DNA of 64,000 nucleotides, taken from positions 6,129,902-6,193,901 of the forward strand of contig MU053652.1 in NCBI GenBank assembly GCA_013239625.1. Direction: 5' to 3'. The translations under genes were made by a program, and so were the position numbers. This DNA is from Lama guanicoe (lineage: Eukaryota). Shown piece by piece: positions 51,520 to 64,000 of this stretch; positions within the stretch are counted from its first letter, which is position 1; each line of letters begins with the position of its first letter. Below the pieces are notes generated by a model. That model did not search any database and had not been told where the DNA came from. It was given only the letters and a program-made list of their open reading frames with translations.

Positions 51520-53100
51520 GAGTATTCTTCTGGATGGTTCAAGGGAATATTTCATGTCAGAGCTGCATTGCTTTGGAAGCAGATCGATCATTACAGGAAT
51601 AAACCTGTTGGCTTTAGTCTCAACAGAACAACATGGACCCCCAGCAGGAGAAAACTCAGTTACGTACCAACAGGCCAGGCCATTCAAGACCTAAGCAGTG
51701 GTGCAGTTGACCTGTGTGGGGACGAAATGGGTCAGCCACATCCAGCTTATCATTGAAGCCAAGTATGGTGCTAGGCTCTTTGGAAAGAGAGAAATCTGAG
51801 ATAACCTCTGGGTTCAGTATCCCAGGAGACTTAGATTCTGGGGATTTCTGATTGATTCTTGGCTCTAGAATAGATTTTAAAGATTTTTGGCAAGCCTATG
51901 CTTCATGAGTCTCTTGTTCTGAGAACGTGTATCATTTGCAGGACTACCAGGTAGATAGTGTGACTGTCAGGAAATGGTCCTGGGGACTGTACCAAACTCT
52001 GTGGGAGAGACTTTGGGTTGGTTTCTCATAAAAGATTGTACAGAGGCTCCTCTCCTTCACGCTCTGCGTTAAGTCTCTTCGGGTGCCTGGCGTGGTCATC
52101 TTAAAGCACAGCTAGAGCTTCAATCAGAGTATGTATGCCTTTGCTAACGCTGGCTGAGGTTTTTCAGCTTTGGGTGGTATGGCAGAACAACCAAGCTCTC
52201 TTTCACATCATAGAGTTTCTATCTGTTGGAAAAAGATTTTCAGTTGTGATCTGCTGAAAGCACGCTCTCCCTTTCACTGGTTGTTTTGTGACACCCACGG
52301 CTTCCTTAGGCAGTGATTGCTGGATGTTTCAATGCCTTGGACCTATTTGAAGTAATTTTATCTTTTCCTGAAAGCTGTCATTACCACAAAGAAGTGGGTC
52401 TCCAGTGTGAGGTACTTCATGTCAATTTGTGTGATCAGTACACACCGTAGCAGATCGCTGGTCTGATATTAGCAGCACGCCTTCACCATGGCCAGGCATG
52501 ATGACCTGGGGAAGTCAACATACGTATGGGTAGAGTTTTAATTTTCCTGAAAGCTTCAGCCACAGTTGACATCCAGGAAGTCCCATGTGTCGATATCAGA
52601 CATGGTAGGGGACAGTTGTACAAAGTAAAGCAATATTAGGTCCCAGGTGTTTGCTCTATAGAAACCTGGCTACTTTGACCTTCATCTGCATCTTCTAGAA
52701 GCACTGGTCCTAGGAACAAGATTTCCTTACACCTAAAGACATCCCTAAGTAGATTTTCTCAGAAATGACAACGTGATGAGTCCAGAACGGCCAGGATCTA
52801 GGCAGGTGCGTGGTAAGCGTAGGTTACAGTATTGCTGGGGCAGAGAAGTTGGAGAAGTCATGATCCCTAAGTTATGGAAGACGCTTTTTATTAGGGTCTG
52901 GAACACAGAGAGGGCTGTGAGTCTTCGAGGCAGGGTTGGATGTAGATTTGTCACCCTTTCTGATAGAGTTGCATTTATAGCCTCCCCAGCTCATCTTGTC
53001 TTAGGGCTAATCTTAGTAAAGGGGCCCACCGTAATAAATATCCATGCTCCCAGGAGATAGTGGACAGATAAAGGGGTGAGTGGAGACCCTGTGTTGCCAC
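51520..53100 (-). mobile_element. Second ancient RTE-X/L4-like RT fossil
   Basis: Minus-strand motifs in RT order: LDPGRSGLITLSF (~DPxNYRPISLL), PGFYRA..YCFTLY (~AGFR..DHCFTL, 52612-52670), QLWLKL (52552-52570), PLLCGND..LLQIG (~LLYADD..LS..IGL, ~52340-52397). Confidence 0.65.
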
Positions 53101-53549
53101 TGTCACCTTTTCAGAACAGGAGGTGCTTCACTGCCTTCGTCCTTTCCAACAGCAGTGAGGCCCCAGCGAAGATTTAGAGCAGGAGACTGAACCTGAGAAA
53201 AATTGTTTCTGCCAGTGTATTTCCTGAGAACCTTGGAGCTTTCATTCTGAAAGGGACTGTAAACTCTCCAAGGTCTTAGGCCTTACCTGATAAAGAGCAA
53301 ATGCACCGAAGAGGTATTGATGTAAACATGTCACATGGTGAGAGGTGGGAACAGAATGGGCGCTGTGGTGGGCACTTTCCTTATTCTGGTCTCACTCAGT
53401 GGTGTAGGGTGAGCAACTCTGGCCCTCTCCTCCGTGCTGAGTTAGCATCCTTCTGTCACTCACGTGCTTACTGCCTTTCTGATTTTCCCCCATGGTTCTC
53501 AGTCTATCCAGTTTTTTTTCCCTTAACGTCTGATATCTATTTCCTGGGC

Positions 53550-56250
53550 AAAACTGCATTTTTTTTTTCTAGATGTGCATATTTAGTGGCATAAAGTTAT
53601 ACAGAATTTGCTTTTATAATTTGCAAATCTAACTTGTATCTATATTTATATCCTCTTTGTAATTTCTGTGTTAATTAGTCATGTCTTATCTCCTTTTTTT
53701 ACATCAAATATTACCAAATGTGACTTGGTTTTGTTAGTTACATCTGCTGGCTTTAGTTTTTTTTATCTTATTCATTTCTTCTTTTATCTCAGGTATTTCC
53801 TTTCCCCTACATCTTTGAGTTTAATTTTTTCACTTTGACTAGTTTTGTGGTTAATTTTGAGACTTACCTTTTTCCTAACCTTGCTGTTTCAGGGTTACAT
53901 TTTCCTTTGAGCACGTAGGTTGCATTCACTGATTTTCATAGGTACTGTTCCCATTGCTTGTTTCTATCTAGTTTGTCATTTCCTTTTTAATACAAATTAC
54001 TTACAGGGGTGCTATTTAGCTTCCAAGTAAAAATGAATATTTACTTATTTGTTAAGTTTAATTCTAATCTGATTGCCTTTTGAGGGGAAAAAATGTAGCC
54101 TGTGTGTTTCCTGTTTTCATTTTTGTTTTTAGGTGATCTAATAAAGCATGATGGATTTCTGTGAAGAGTCCATTCGATTTTAAAATAAGACAGTTAAAAT
54201 GGCAGTTTTGTTGCTTGAATTATTTAAATTATTTTTATCCTTAATTTTATGTCATATATTTAAATATAAATCTCTGAAAAGATGAATTAAAATCTCTCAC
54301 AATGATTATGGATTTGTCTGTTTCATCCAGCATTTTTATGACTTGTTGCTTAACACGTTGTTATAACGTTTAGGGGGCTATCTAGCTATACAGATAGATA
54401 CGTTCTTAGTATAATTTAAGATTTTTGTCTTGAATTAGATTTTGTTCCATCTTAATATTACTATTCCATCTTTCTTTGTGTTTACATTTTTCTTGCACAT
54501 CTTTTCTGAAGAGTTAATTTTCAGCCTTTATATACAATTTTCTCCTTATTGGAATCTCATTTAAAATCCAACCTGAAATCTGTGTTTTTTTTTAAATGGG
54601 GAATTTTATTTATATCGTGAAAATTACTGATTTATGTTTGCCAATTTATTTCATTTCCTATTTACTATACTCTCATGTTTCTTCTCTTTTCCTTTGAATT
54701 TTTTTTAGCTGATCAAATTTTCATTTATTATTTTTTTTCCATTTTGATAGTTCAGAAGCCTTAGGCTTTATTTTAACATTTTTAGGTTGCCCTTAAATTT
54801 TAAGTATATATTTTAACCTATTTTTTGGATAAGAATGTCCAGAACTAGTTTACATATATGTTCTGCTGACTTTATACCATGTCTTATCCTTTTAATTTTG
54901 GTTAGCCTTGTGAGTAGTTTGTTAATTTTAGTCTTTTCAAGAAGTTTTTGGCTTTGTTAGTTTGCCCTATTTTCTATTTGTTTCCTATTTTATTGATTTT
55001 TATCTTTCAACTTTATTCTTCCTTCCTTTCTATATTCATTGGGTTTTATCGCTCTGTCACCCTCTCCTTAGTTTTGTAAGATAAATAATTACAGCACAGT
55101 TTTTTCTTTCCTAATATAGATGAAGCCTGTTTTAATTGTATCCTACAACTTTTCAACTTTTCTAATTTATTTCATCCTAATTCTGCTTTCTACCCTACTT
55201 CCACACCAGTCAGATTACATACTCTGTACTTCAACGTTTTGAAATTTGTTAAAACTACCCAGAATATGGTCATTTGGTAACTTTATGCAATTTTATAGAT
55301 GATCATTCAGTTTTTGAAAATTCTTGGCTAGCATCTCTTCAATTGTTTTCTTTCTGCCTGGTGTATCTTTCTTCTATTTCTAAGTCTCCATAATCATGCA
55401 TATTCAAATTGTATTACATTATTTATATTTCTAATCATTTTTTCTATATTTTAAAATTCATTATCATCTCCAGGCCTTAATGTGGATATTTCCTACTGAT
55501 CTATCTTTCAGTGCATTAGTCATCTCGTGAACTGTATCTAATCTGTTGTTAAACTCATCTATTGAATTCAATTATTGTATTTTTCAGCCCTATAATTTTT
55601 GTTTGAATTTCTAAGTATACATATATCTATATTCCAGTACTCTCTTTAAATTCTCTTCTCTTATTATGGATTTTCTTCAACAGATTTATGTTCAAGTTTT
55701 TGTAAACTTGAGGTACAGTATCTGGATCATCTGTAACAGCCTTTTATCTCTTGGTTTTTTTCTCCCTCTTTGGTTTTTGGTACTTCGTTCTTATGCCCTG
55801 ATATGCTTGGTTGGTAGCAGGTAATATTTTACTGGACGCTTGACATTGTACATTTTTAAAATGTAGATATTATGGATGTTGCAATTTTCCTCCAGAGAAG
55901 CTGCTGTTGCTTCCTCACACTTAAGGTTCACCAAAATCTCAAGAAAAAAATTAGTACAAATTTCAGATTCAGTTCTCTCTAGGACCCTGGAATCTTGGCT
56001 CCTCAAGTCCTGGCTGCATTGATAACCCTTGTTCCAATTTTTGTCCTCCGAGCCCCATGATAATTTTTTTTTCAAAATTTTGCAGTGGTAACTATTTTTA
56101 TCCTAAAGTCTTCTTCCATTAATTCTATTGGATCTATTTTTTTATTACTATTATTCTTGTGGAATTTGATGCTTCTCTTTCATAGTGTCAGGTTTCTGTA
56201 AGTATTTGCTAATTCTTGGTGTCTCTTCATCTGTATTTGTTTTTTGTTGT
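53550..56250 (-). mobile_element. Highly decayed old L1 (L1ME-like) fragments
   Basis: Long T-rich antisense L1-like sequence, e.g. AAATCTCTCACAATGATTATGGATTTGTCTGTTTC and CTGTATCTAATCTGTTGTTAAACTCATCTATTGAATT. Confidence 0.6.
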
Positions 56251-57204
56251 TGTTCCATTCAGTATATGTTATTCATCTGTATTTGTGAATCCCAGTTTGC
56301 TCGCCTACGAAATTGTCAATAGCCTGTCTCCGATGGCTGTGGAAATGGAACAGTGCCTATGCAGGAACAATGTTGTGGAAATTTGTCTTCTGAACATAGG
56401 GAATCTTTGTCCCGTCTGGTGGTCAGTGGTTCCATGAGGTACTCCTCTGCTCTGGCCAGTGCAAACTCAGTGCTAAATACCTTCATTTAAAAAGATGAAT
56501 TTATCCAGCTCTTGAAGTCCATATTTCCAGCTAGATAATTCTGTCAAGTTCACAAGATATAGTTCTAAGAAAGACAGAGCTTCTCTAGGACACATAATGA
56601 GATTTTTTTCACATTTCTTTTTTTTTTTTAATGAAGAAAGTAGCTAATGGATAACAGCAGTCTAAAAAAAATCCTCTGAGTTCTCAGTTAAATATTAATT
56701 CATGTGCTTTAACTGAGACTCTGTTATTTTTAAGAAGGTTGGCCCAACTCTGTTAGAAAAAGGATGATTTTCTGACTTGGGAAGGATTCAAGTCACAATA
56801 GCACTGCTCTTTCACATCTCTGTATATACATCTATGGGAGGCATATGGTGTGTGCTAAAGATACAGGCTTCTAAGCCAGCCAAACCAGTTTAAACCTCCA
56901 CGTTATCACCATGAGTTGTGTGACTGTGAAAATGCCATTTAAATTCTCTGGAAAATTCTCTGGAATGGACCCGTCCCTAACCTATAGGTTTACTGTGAGA
57001 GGTAAATATACAGGAGATGTTTGGCAGTGATGCTGACACCTCATCCTCAATCCTGATAGGTCTCATGGCTGTGCTTACTATGCAGTAAGCACCTACATTC
57101 ACCTCTTGGGTCAATATCAGAGATCTTTGAAATTCTATTAGTATGTTCAAGCACAAAACAACTTCAATCACAGAACTTGTAAAGCTCTCTGAGTGATTTG
57201 AACT

Positions 57205-57628
57205 CTCCATTTGTGTTCCCCTGCTAGGCTGCCATAACAAAGTGTCCCCGACTGGATGGCTTAGGCAACATACATTTATGTTCTCATAGCTCAGGACACT
57301 AGAAGATGGACATCAAGGTGTCAGCAGTACTGGTTTCTTTTGAGGCTTCTCTCATTGGCTTTTCGATGGCCACCTTCTCTCTGGGTGGTCCTCACATGGT
57401 TCTTCCTCTTTGCACACACATCTCTGGTGTGACTGTGTGTCCTAACCTCTTTTTCCAAAGACTCCAGTTAGGTTGGATTATGACTCACTCTGAAGACCTC
57501 ATTTTAACTTAATTACCTCTTCAAAGACTTTATGTCCAAATACAGTCACATTCAGAAGTACTGAGGGTTAGAAATTGGACATGTGAATTAGGGCAAGGGG
57601 TGAGGGAAGCACAGTTCAGCCCATAACA
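57205..57628 (-). mobile_element. MLT1A-C-type MaLR solo LTR
   Basis: GGCTGCCATAACAAAGTG...ATCAAGGTGTCAGCAG...ACCTCATTTTAACTTAATTACCTCTTCAAAGAC...CAGTTCAGCCCATAACA. Confidence 0.85.
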
Positions 57629-57957
57629 TCAATCCTCTTGGTTCTTCCTGTACTGAGTAATATCACCAGGGGGAAAATAGTATTTCTACAGCATCTATGC
57701 CTCCACAGAAGTACCCGTTGCTTTAATTCTTCTGGCCTTAGTGTTACAGAGGAAGTATCTAGTTGAAATGATTTAGTGCTTTTTAGAAAACTATGGTTGA
57801 AATTATTTCCGTAAGATTACCAAATTTCCTTCAGTAATACACCTACAAAATAAATTTCTCCTAAAATTTAAATTCCAGCAAAGCTTCTAACTCTAGACAA
57901 TGATGAATATAGGATTATCTAGCAATAGATAGATAGATAGACAGATGGAGATATATG

Positions 57958-58458
57958 CAGATCTTCCTCAACTAGCTACGGGGTTATACGCCCATAAACC
58001 CATCGTAAGTTAAAAATATTGTAAGTCAAAATGCAGTTAATACACCTAACCTACCAAACATCATAGCTCAGCTTAGCCTACCAGAAACATGCTCAGAACA
58101 TGTACATTAGCCTGTAGTTGGGCAAAGTCTTCTAACACAAAGACTATTTTATGATAAATGGTTGAATATCTCCTGTTATTTACTGAACACAGAAAGTGAA
58201 AAACCGAATGGTTGTACGGGCACAGGATGGTTGTATGTGGACTGCCTGTTTACCTTCCTGACCACGTGGATGACTGGGAGCTGTGGCGATGCCACTGCCC
58301 AGCACCACAAGAAGAGTGTCCGTACCACGTATCACTAGCCCTGGGCAAGATCAAAATTCAAAATTTGACATATGGCTTCTACTTAATGAGCATCCCTTTC
58401 ACACCTTCGTGAAGTCAAAAAACCACAAATTGAACCATCCAAAGTTGGGGACTGTCTG
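57958..58458. mobile_element. Tigger-family MITE (MER47/Tigger5-like)
   Basis: CAGAT...CCCATAAACCCATCGTAAGTT...ACACCTAACCTACC...GGGGACTGTCTG with CAG/CTG termini. Confidence 0.8.
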
Positions 58459-60099
58459 TGTATGTGCGTGTGATTACACAGCCCATCGATAAATTTTGTT
58501 CTTGTAGTAATTATTTCTTCTCCTTTGCTTCTTTCTAAAAAAAAGATAAAATAAAAATGTTTGGACTTTTTTTGTTCTTTTCATGTAGATATTCTGTTTA
58601 TTACATTTAGTATCTGTTCCAATAGATACTGTTAAAGTCATAATAATTAAAGGTATCTCTGTTATTCTTATTCTCAGTTCTGACCATGCTGTTGTGAAAT
58701 GATAAAGGGCCAATAGGCAGAATGGAAGCAGGAGTCTGAGGAGGGAAACACGGAGGAAAAAAATGCCTGCAAAGGTGGAAGTGATAAGCACGCAAGCAGA
58801 GGCTTCATATTCATTTGCATATGTCACAGTCGAAAATGCAGCACCATTGTTTGAAAGACTGTTTTTTATTCTGTTTCTAAAAGTAACACTTACGGAGAGT
58901 AATTGAAAACTAAAGACTGCATTTTATTTAATAATACTCTAAAAGATCTACTTTAAGAAATGTCTATCAAGTTTTAATAGAAAATAAATTAGGTGCTAAT
59001 CCAAATATTAAATAGCATGTATATCTAATTATAAATACTCATTATAAATCTAATATCTGTCCTGCCCTCTTTAGAGGATCCTTACACTTTTCCTACCCTT
59101 TGCAAAGCTGATATCTCACTTATTGCTGGAGGCTTTATTTTTCTGTGCAACTGGTTTCCCCATTCTCAGTAAGTCCGAGGTTAAGGATTCAGACCTCACG
59201 TGTGAACCAGCCCAGTTCTGCATCTATAGTCTTCGCCCTTTGGTTTGACTCTCCATTTTGCTAACATGTGTCCTGGCCAAAAGGGGCCATGAGGGACACA
59301 GCAAATGGATCGGAGCAAACCCATCTCCAGCTCCACTAATGAAAACACAATGCAGTGTCTCTGACCTGCGGACGGGTTAGCAGCACTGTGATTTCTGCCT
59401 GATGGGAGAGACACGACAGTCTGGATGGTGGTTTTTCCCAGACTGAAATTAGACTATGACTCTTTGAATGTGTTTCCCAGAAGTATAAAGTGTATTTCCT
59501 TATGAACAAGTATTTTTAGCCTATATTTGTGCGTGTGTGTTCCTTATTAAAAAGGCTAAAAATATGTGTGGCTGATTTTGAGAGAGCAGCACTCATGTCT
59601 CTATTGTGTAAGGAATGGAGGCCGATTCACAGAGTAGAGTCAAGGTTAAGTAATGACAACGATAGCTATTGTTTATAGATTACTGTATGCTGTGCCCATA
59701 TTTTACTATACGTTGTCTCCTTAAATTCTTTGAGTTGAGTCTATGGAAGTTTGTAAATAGCGTGAGTGCATTACCTTCAGTTGTACGTTTCTCAAGTAGG
59801 GGAGGGATACAGGGCAGAGCCCAGAGCTCTCCTATTCCCAAAGTGGAGACCACTGACTTTCAATTTGTATTGTCTGTTGCTAAACTGAGAACAAAACAGC
59901 CCATTATTGCCATATTTACAGTTTAAAAGGGCATCCTGTTTATCTAGCAGAGTTTCTGTCCCAGCCTAGGGGTTGATTTGAAGCAGGGGTGGGGCCCTCA
60001 AATTTTCATATATTTTCTAGCTTTAAAATCTGACTTATTGTTTTCATGGGTTGTTTCTTTTAAATGTCAAATTCAAGAGTAAGGATTCATACTGCCGTA

Positions 60100-61625
60100 A
60101 AGAATACAGAAAATTCATGCACCCAGGCAATGTTCTAGGTGTTGAGTTTATAGCAGTGAACAAAACAGGTAAAAATCCCTGGGCTCGTGAAAGTTTTCTT
60201 CTAGTTAAGGGAAAGACAATATATATGTTAAATTAGTAAAATATATAGAGGTTAATGCTAGAAAATATTAGATGCCAAGGAGTGAAATAAAACTGTGGAA
60301 ATAAATGCTGGTGGACTGGTGGGGGCTACAATTTTTAACTTTGTGTTTAGGAAAGGTCTCACTGAGAAAGAACAGTTCTGGAAGGAACACTTCCCAAAGG
60401 AAGTGAAGGAGCAAGTTATCACATATAAAATCCCCAAAGTAGAAGAAGGCTTGGTGTGTTCCAGGATTAGCCAGGCCAGCACAGTGGGGAGAGAATGAAT
60501 GAGAGAAAGAGTAAAGCCAGTTTCGTTCAGAGGACCTCGTAGGCCACTGTAGGGACACAGTCAGTGGAGAGTAATTGCAGCATTCTGAGAGCAGGGGTGA
60601 CCTGACCCGATTTATGAGTAATGAGATTATTCTAGCTGCCGTGTTAAAAGTCAGTCAGATAATCAGAGAGAGGGGAGGAAGAGGAGAAATGCATCAATAT
60701 CAACAGGATGTCTATAGCGAAAATCCAAATGAGAGATGATGTTGGCTAGGACCAATGCAGTACCCGTCGGGGTAGTGAAAATGACCTGTCTGAACAAGGT
60801 TTTAAAGTAGAGTTAACAGAATTCAGTCATGTATATGAGACAGAAGGAGAAGGGGCAGGACACAACCACTGAAGGAATGACACAGCAATTGAGGACAAGA
60901 CAACCTGGTTAGAACCAAGATGGTAGAAGATTTGACTTCCAGTAGACCTTGAGTCTCATGGCATCACGGGTGCCATGACAGTTCCAAGGCCGACCATAAA
61001 AGGCCAAAAAGTGGGCATGGGCCCCGTTCCTGGAAACCCCTGCCCCTTCCCCAAAGTAGTTGGAATAATCTTCCTACTTGTTAGCCTATGAAATTACCGA
61101 GCCCATAAAAACTTAACAACTCCACACCTCGTGGTTGTTCTGTCTCTTGCTTTCTGGGGTGGCCTACACTCTGTCTATGGAGTGTATATCTGCTTTTACT
61201 TTAAACTAAACACCCCACATCTCTTGGCCTCTCTCTCGCCTTTTGAGATGGCCCACATTCTGCCTGTGGAGTATGTATCTCCTAAGCCTCTTTCCCTTCT
61301 GACTGAGATGGACTCTATTCTGTCTATGGAGTGTGTTTCTCTAAATAAACTTGCTTTCACTTTACTATGCCTTGTTCTTGAATTCTTTCCTGTACGAGGC
61401 AAGAACCTATTCTCCAGTTAGTGTGAGTGTAAGAGAGGAGTCAAGGACAGTTCCTATGTTTTCGTCCCAACAACTGGAAAGATGGAATTAAGGTGAGGAA
61501 GAAACTGAGGAATGAAGATGGGATTCAGATGCTTGTCAGTTGCAGATATCACGTCAGACACACCTAGGAGGTGACTGAGTTTCCTGAGGGAAGCCTGGAA
61601 TGTGTCGGCATATAAATGTTTTTAA
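60100..61625 (-). mobile_element. L2 LINE 3' part (interrupted by the MER41-like LTR)
   Basis: CCAGGCAATGTTCTAGGTGTTGAG...GCAGTGAACAAAACAG; resumes after the LTR with AGAGAGGAGTCAAGGA...CAACTGGAAAGATGGA. Confidence 0.75.
60836..61420 (+). mobile_element. MER41-like ERV1 solo LTR
   Basis: TGAGACAG start, GCCATGACAGTT, AATAAACTTGCTTTCACTTTACT...TTGAATTCTTTCCTG...CAAGAACC; three internal copies of an (A/C)TTCTGTCTATGGAGTGT-like motif. Confidence 0.75.
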
Positions 61626-61628
61626 AGG

Positions 61629-61800
61629 CAGGGCTACCTACATAATTTGTGAGGCCCAGTGAAAAATGAAAATGGAAGCCTCCTTATTGAAAAATTATTA
61701 AGAATTTCCAAACAGTGATAGCAGAACATTAAACCAAGAGTGAGGCCTTTCTGAGAGAAGGTGCCTGTGCACAGGTAGTGCACCCAGAAGGCTGGTCCTG
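61629..61800. mobile_element. MER45A-like hAT-Tip100 MITE
   Basis: CAGGGC...ATAATTTGTGAGGCCCAGTGAAAAATGAAAATG...GGTCCTG, ~172 bp, approximate TSD TTTAAAGG / GTTTAAGG. Confidence 0.75.
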
Positions 61801-64000
61801 GTTTAAGGCCATAATTCTAAATGGTAGCATCAAGAGAGTAATGTGGCCAGACAGATGTCCAAGGACTGAGGTCTGGGGTAGTTCAATGTAAAGATGGTAG
61901 AGCGATGAGAAGGATCGCTCAGAATTGACTGAGAAGGAGATTTGTATGGCAAGGTATTTGAACTGAACAAAACAGAAACAATGGTAAAATGTTTGATACA
62001 AACTTGGGGATTGTTCATTAGTATCTAGGCTCAGCCCAAAGCACTGGGTTATAGCCTCTGGGGTTTGCTGTGTCCAACTGCCAGGAGTTTTATCAGTTTG
62101 TATTGTTGCGTGATGGGTTACTTGACATTTGTACCACCCACAAGGCAACACCAGAGTTTCTCCATAAACCTCTCTATCTTTAAAATGATTGTTTAAATCA
62201 CTTCTAGTAATTAATAAGATTTTGAAGTCCATTGGCCGAAGCCCTTCTGCAAAGCAGAAGAAAATCTGTGAGTGCAGGTGCCCCTTTGGAAGACACACAG
62301 ATGAGGGAATAGACAACAGATTAGACAGAAACAGAGGAAGTGTAGCTTTCTCACTGATCAGAATGTGTACAAAGCAGCCAAAAGGAACCTGGCTGATCAT
62401 GGCAAAGGGGAGATTAAACCATCCGGGCCAAGGCAGAAATATTCAGGAATAAATAATCTGTTTCTTATCTCACGGCACAAACCTGTTTGGGGTGTTAGGT
62501 TTCATCTAAGCTACCTTAGTTACTGAGGGGTTGAAAACTTACCAGGTTGGCTATCAGAGCCTACGGAGTTCTGTGTGCAGGGAGCTGCTTGAAAGTAAAA
62601 GCCTGACCTTTCTCCTGGAATGATACAATCACCTCCCTCCTCACTCTTCCTAGGGTCTTTAATGATTCCAAGCCATGACCTACATTCAGTTGACCTGGAG
62701 GTGCACACACGATCTGGTCAGAGAATGAAGAGGGAGCTGAAAAGATGTCACGTTAGCATGCTCCGTTGTGCCGTCTCCTCCCTGGTTTATCCGGAGAGCA
62801 TTTAAATCTGCTTCAACGTATCTGACTGCCTCGGGTTCAAAATGTCCAGGGGCTGTGGAGGCAGAGGAAGTGACAGGCTATAAGTGGACATAATAGAAAA
62901 GACACTCCTCTTCCCCCAAGTACTAATATTTTGGAGGGACAGAGGGCAGAAGGTGGGGCATAAAAGAAGGTTGGAACAAAAGAGGGTAACATTAGCATAT
63001 CCAGTACCATTGTCAGCATCTCTCAGTGGATTTATGTTGACTATAAGGCGTTTACACGGTTCCCTCCTGCGTTCTATAGGAGGTAACTTTGATACAGAGA
63101 GCTGGTGTGCTATTCCAGGCCAGTAGCATAGACAGTGACTATGGCCTTGACATCAGCAAGTAAGAGTTGACTTTTGAGCAAAATTTTATTCTCTGAAGGA
63201 AGATTACAAAATCCTCTTCCTTGACATCATATAGTTAGAGCAAGGCTATCAACTCGTCACCAGACTGCTTTGGGCAATAGGCCCCTTTCTTGTTCTGTGT
63301 ACCTGGAAGGATGCTTTGTTGGCATCCTCTTAGATTCAGAGTGGGAGGGCACATAGTCTTTGTTGAGCTACTATTATTTTGTGCCTTTGAAACATTTTAT
63401 AAAGATGTCATTCCATCTATAACCCTTCTATGAGAAAAGTATTATTTTCCCCATTTCATTGGTAGGAAATTAAAGGTCAGAGAGGAAAATAAGATCTCAC
63501 ATCTGCTCAGTTGCTGGAAAAGTTTTATTAGAGTTTAGATTGTCATCTGGTGGGTCGACTTGGGACTTTTAGCACAAGGCAACTCTAGAGTTTCTCTGTA
63601 AACTTCTTTACCTTAAAAAAAATTGTAAGTGGTGGTGCTGGAATTTATGCTCAGTTCTGCTTAAACATGTTCCTTCCTTCCATGGCTCAAGTAATTAGAA
63701 TATTCAACAGGTATACAAGAAAATCCATGAGTTTTTTGGAATCAAGTGCTCATTTTCAATCTTTTAATGTAATCTTTCTATTTCTTCTTAAGTATGGGAG
63801 GTCTTGAGAACCCTATACTGCAGGATGCTAAGAGGTTAGTTTCTCTAGAATGACAGGTGGCATTTTATTTCTTTGCTTATTTTGCTTTTCTTGCTTTCAT
63901 GGAGGTTATAGTACATATGACATTTTCATTTCATTAATACTCAAAGATGAAGTTTAAAAACTGAGTCTATTCACAGCCCAAGGCCTTGTAACAAATACTT

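Noticed and set aside
61729..62400. Longest ORF in the track (223 aa, minus strand)
   Set aside because: Its 3' part runs through L2-like sequence and a MER45A-like MITE, it has no recognisable domain or splice structure, and an ORF of this length can occur by chance in 64 kb.

Overview
Mammalian (eutherian) nuclear genomic DNA, AT-rich and dominated by interspersed repeats. The tRNA-derived SINEs at ~15.5-16.0 kb and the young L1 3' ends look like camelid (alpaca/llama/camel) families; this assignment is from recalled consensus sequences, not a database search. I find no credible complete protein-coding gene, rRNA, genuine tRNA gene or CRISPR array. Nearly all ORFs in the track are short, chance frames or degraded transposon coding sequence. 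The window reads as a large intron or an intergenic region. It holds layered transposable elements: young camelid-type SINEs and L1 ends, ERV1 and MER41-like solo LTRs, MaLR/ERVL LTRs, hAT and Tigger DNA transposons, and very old L2, MIR, CR1/L3 and RTE-X/L4-like fossils whose RT or ORF1 motifs are still partly readable. The best leads are a 30-nt frame-preserving candidate neural-type microexon at 28168-28197 inside a ~1.4-kb repeat-free block, two further candidate + strand exons, a ~225-bp tandem duplication, an L1 with a short 3' transduction, a twin-primed L1 and several TF-motif clusters. I cannot support a claim of a new biological system from this sequence alone. Repeat boundaries are approximate unless a target-site duplication (TSD) is given.
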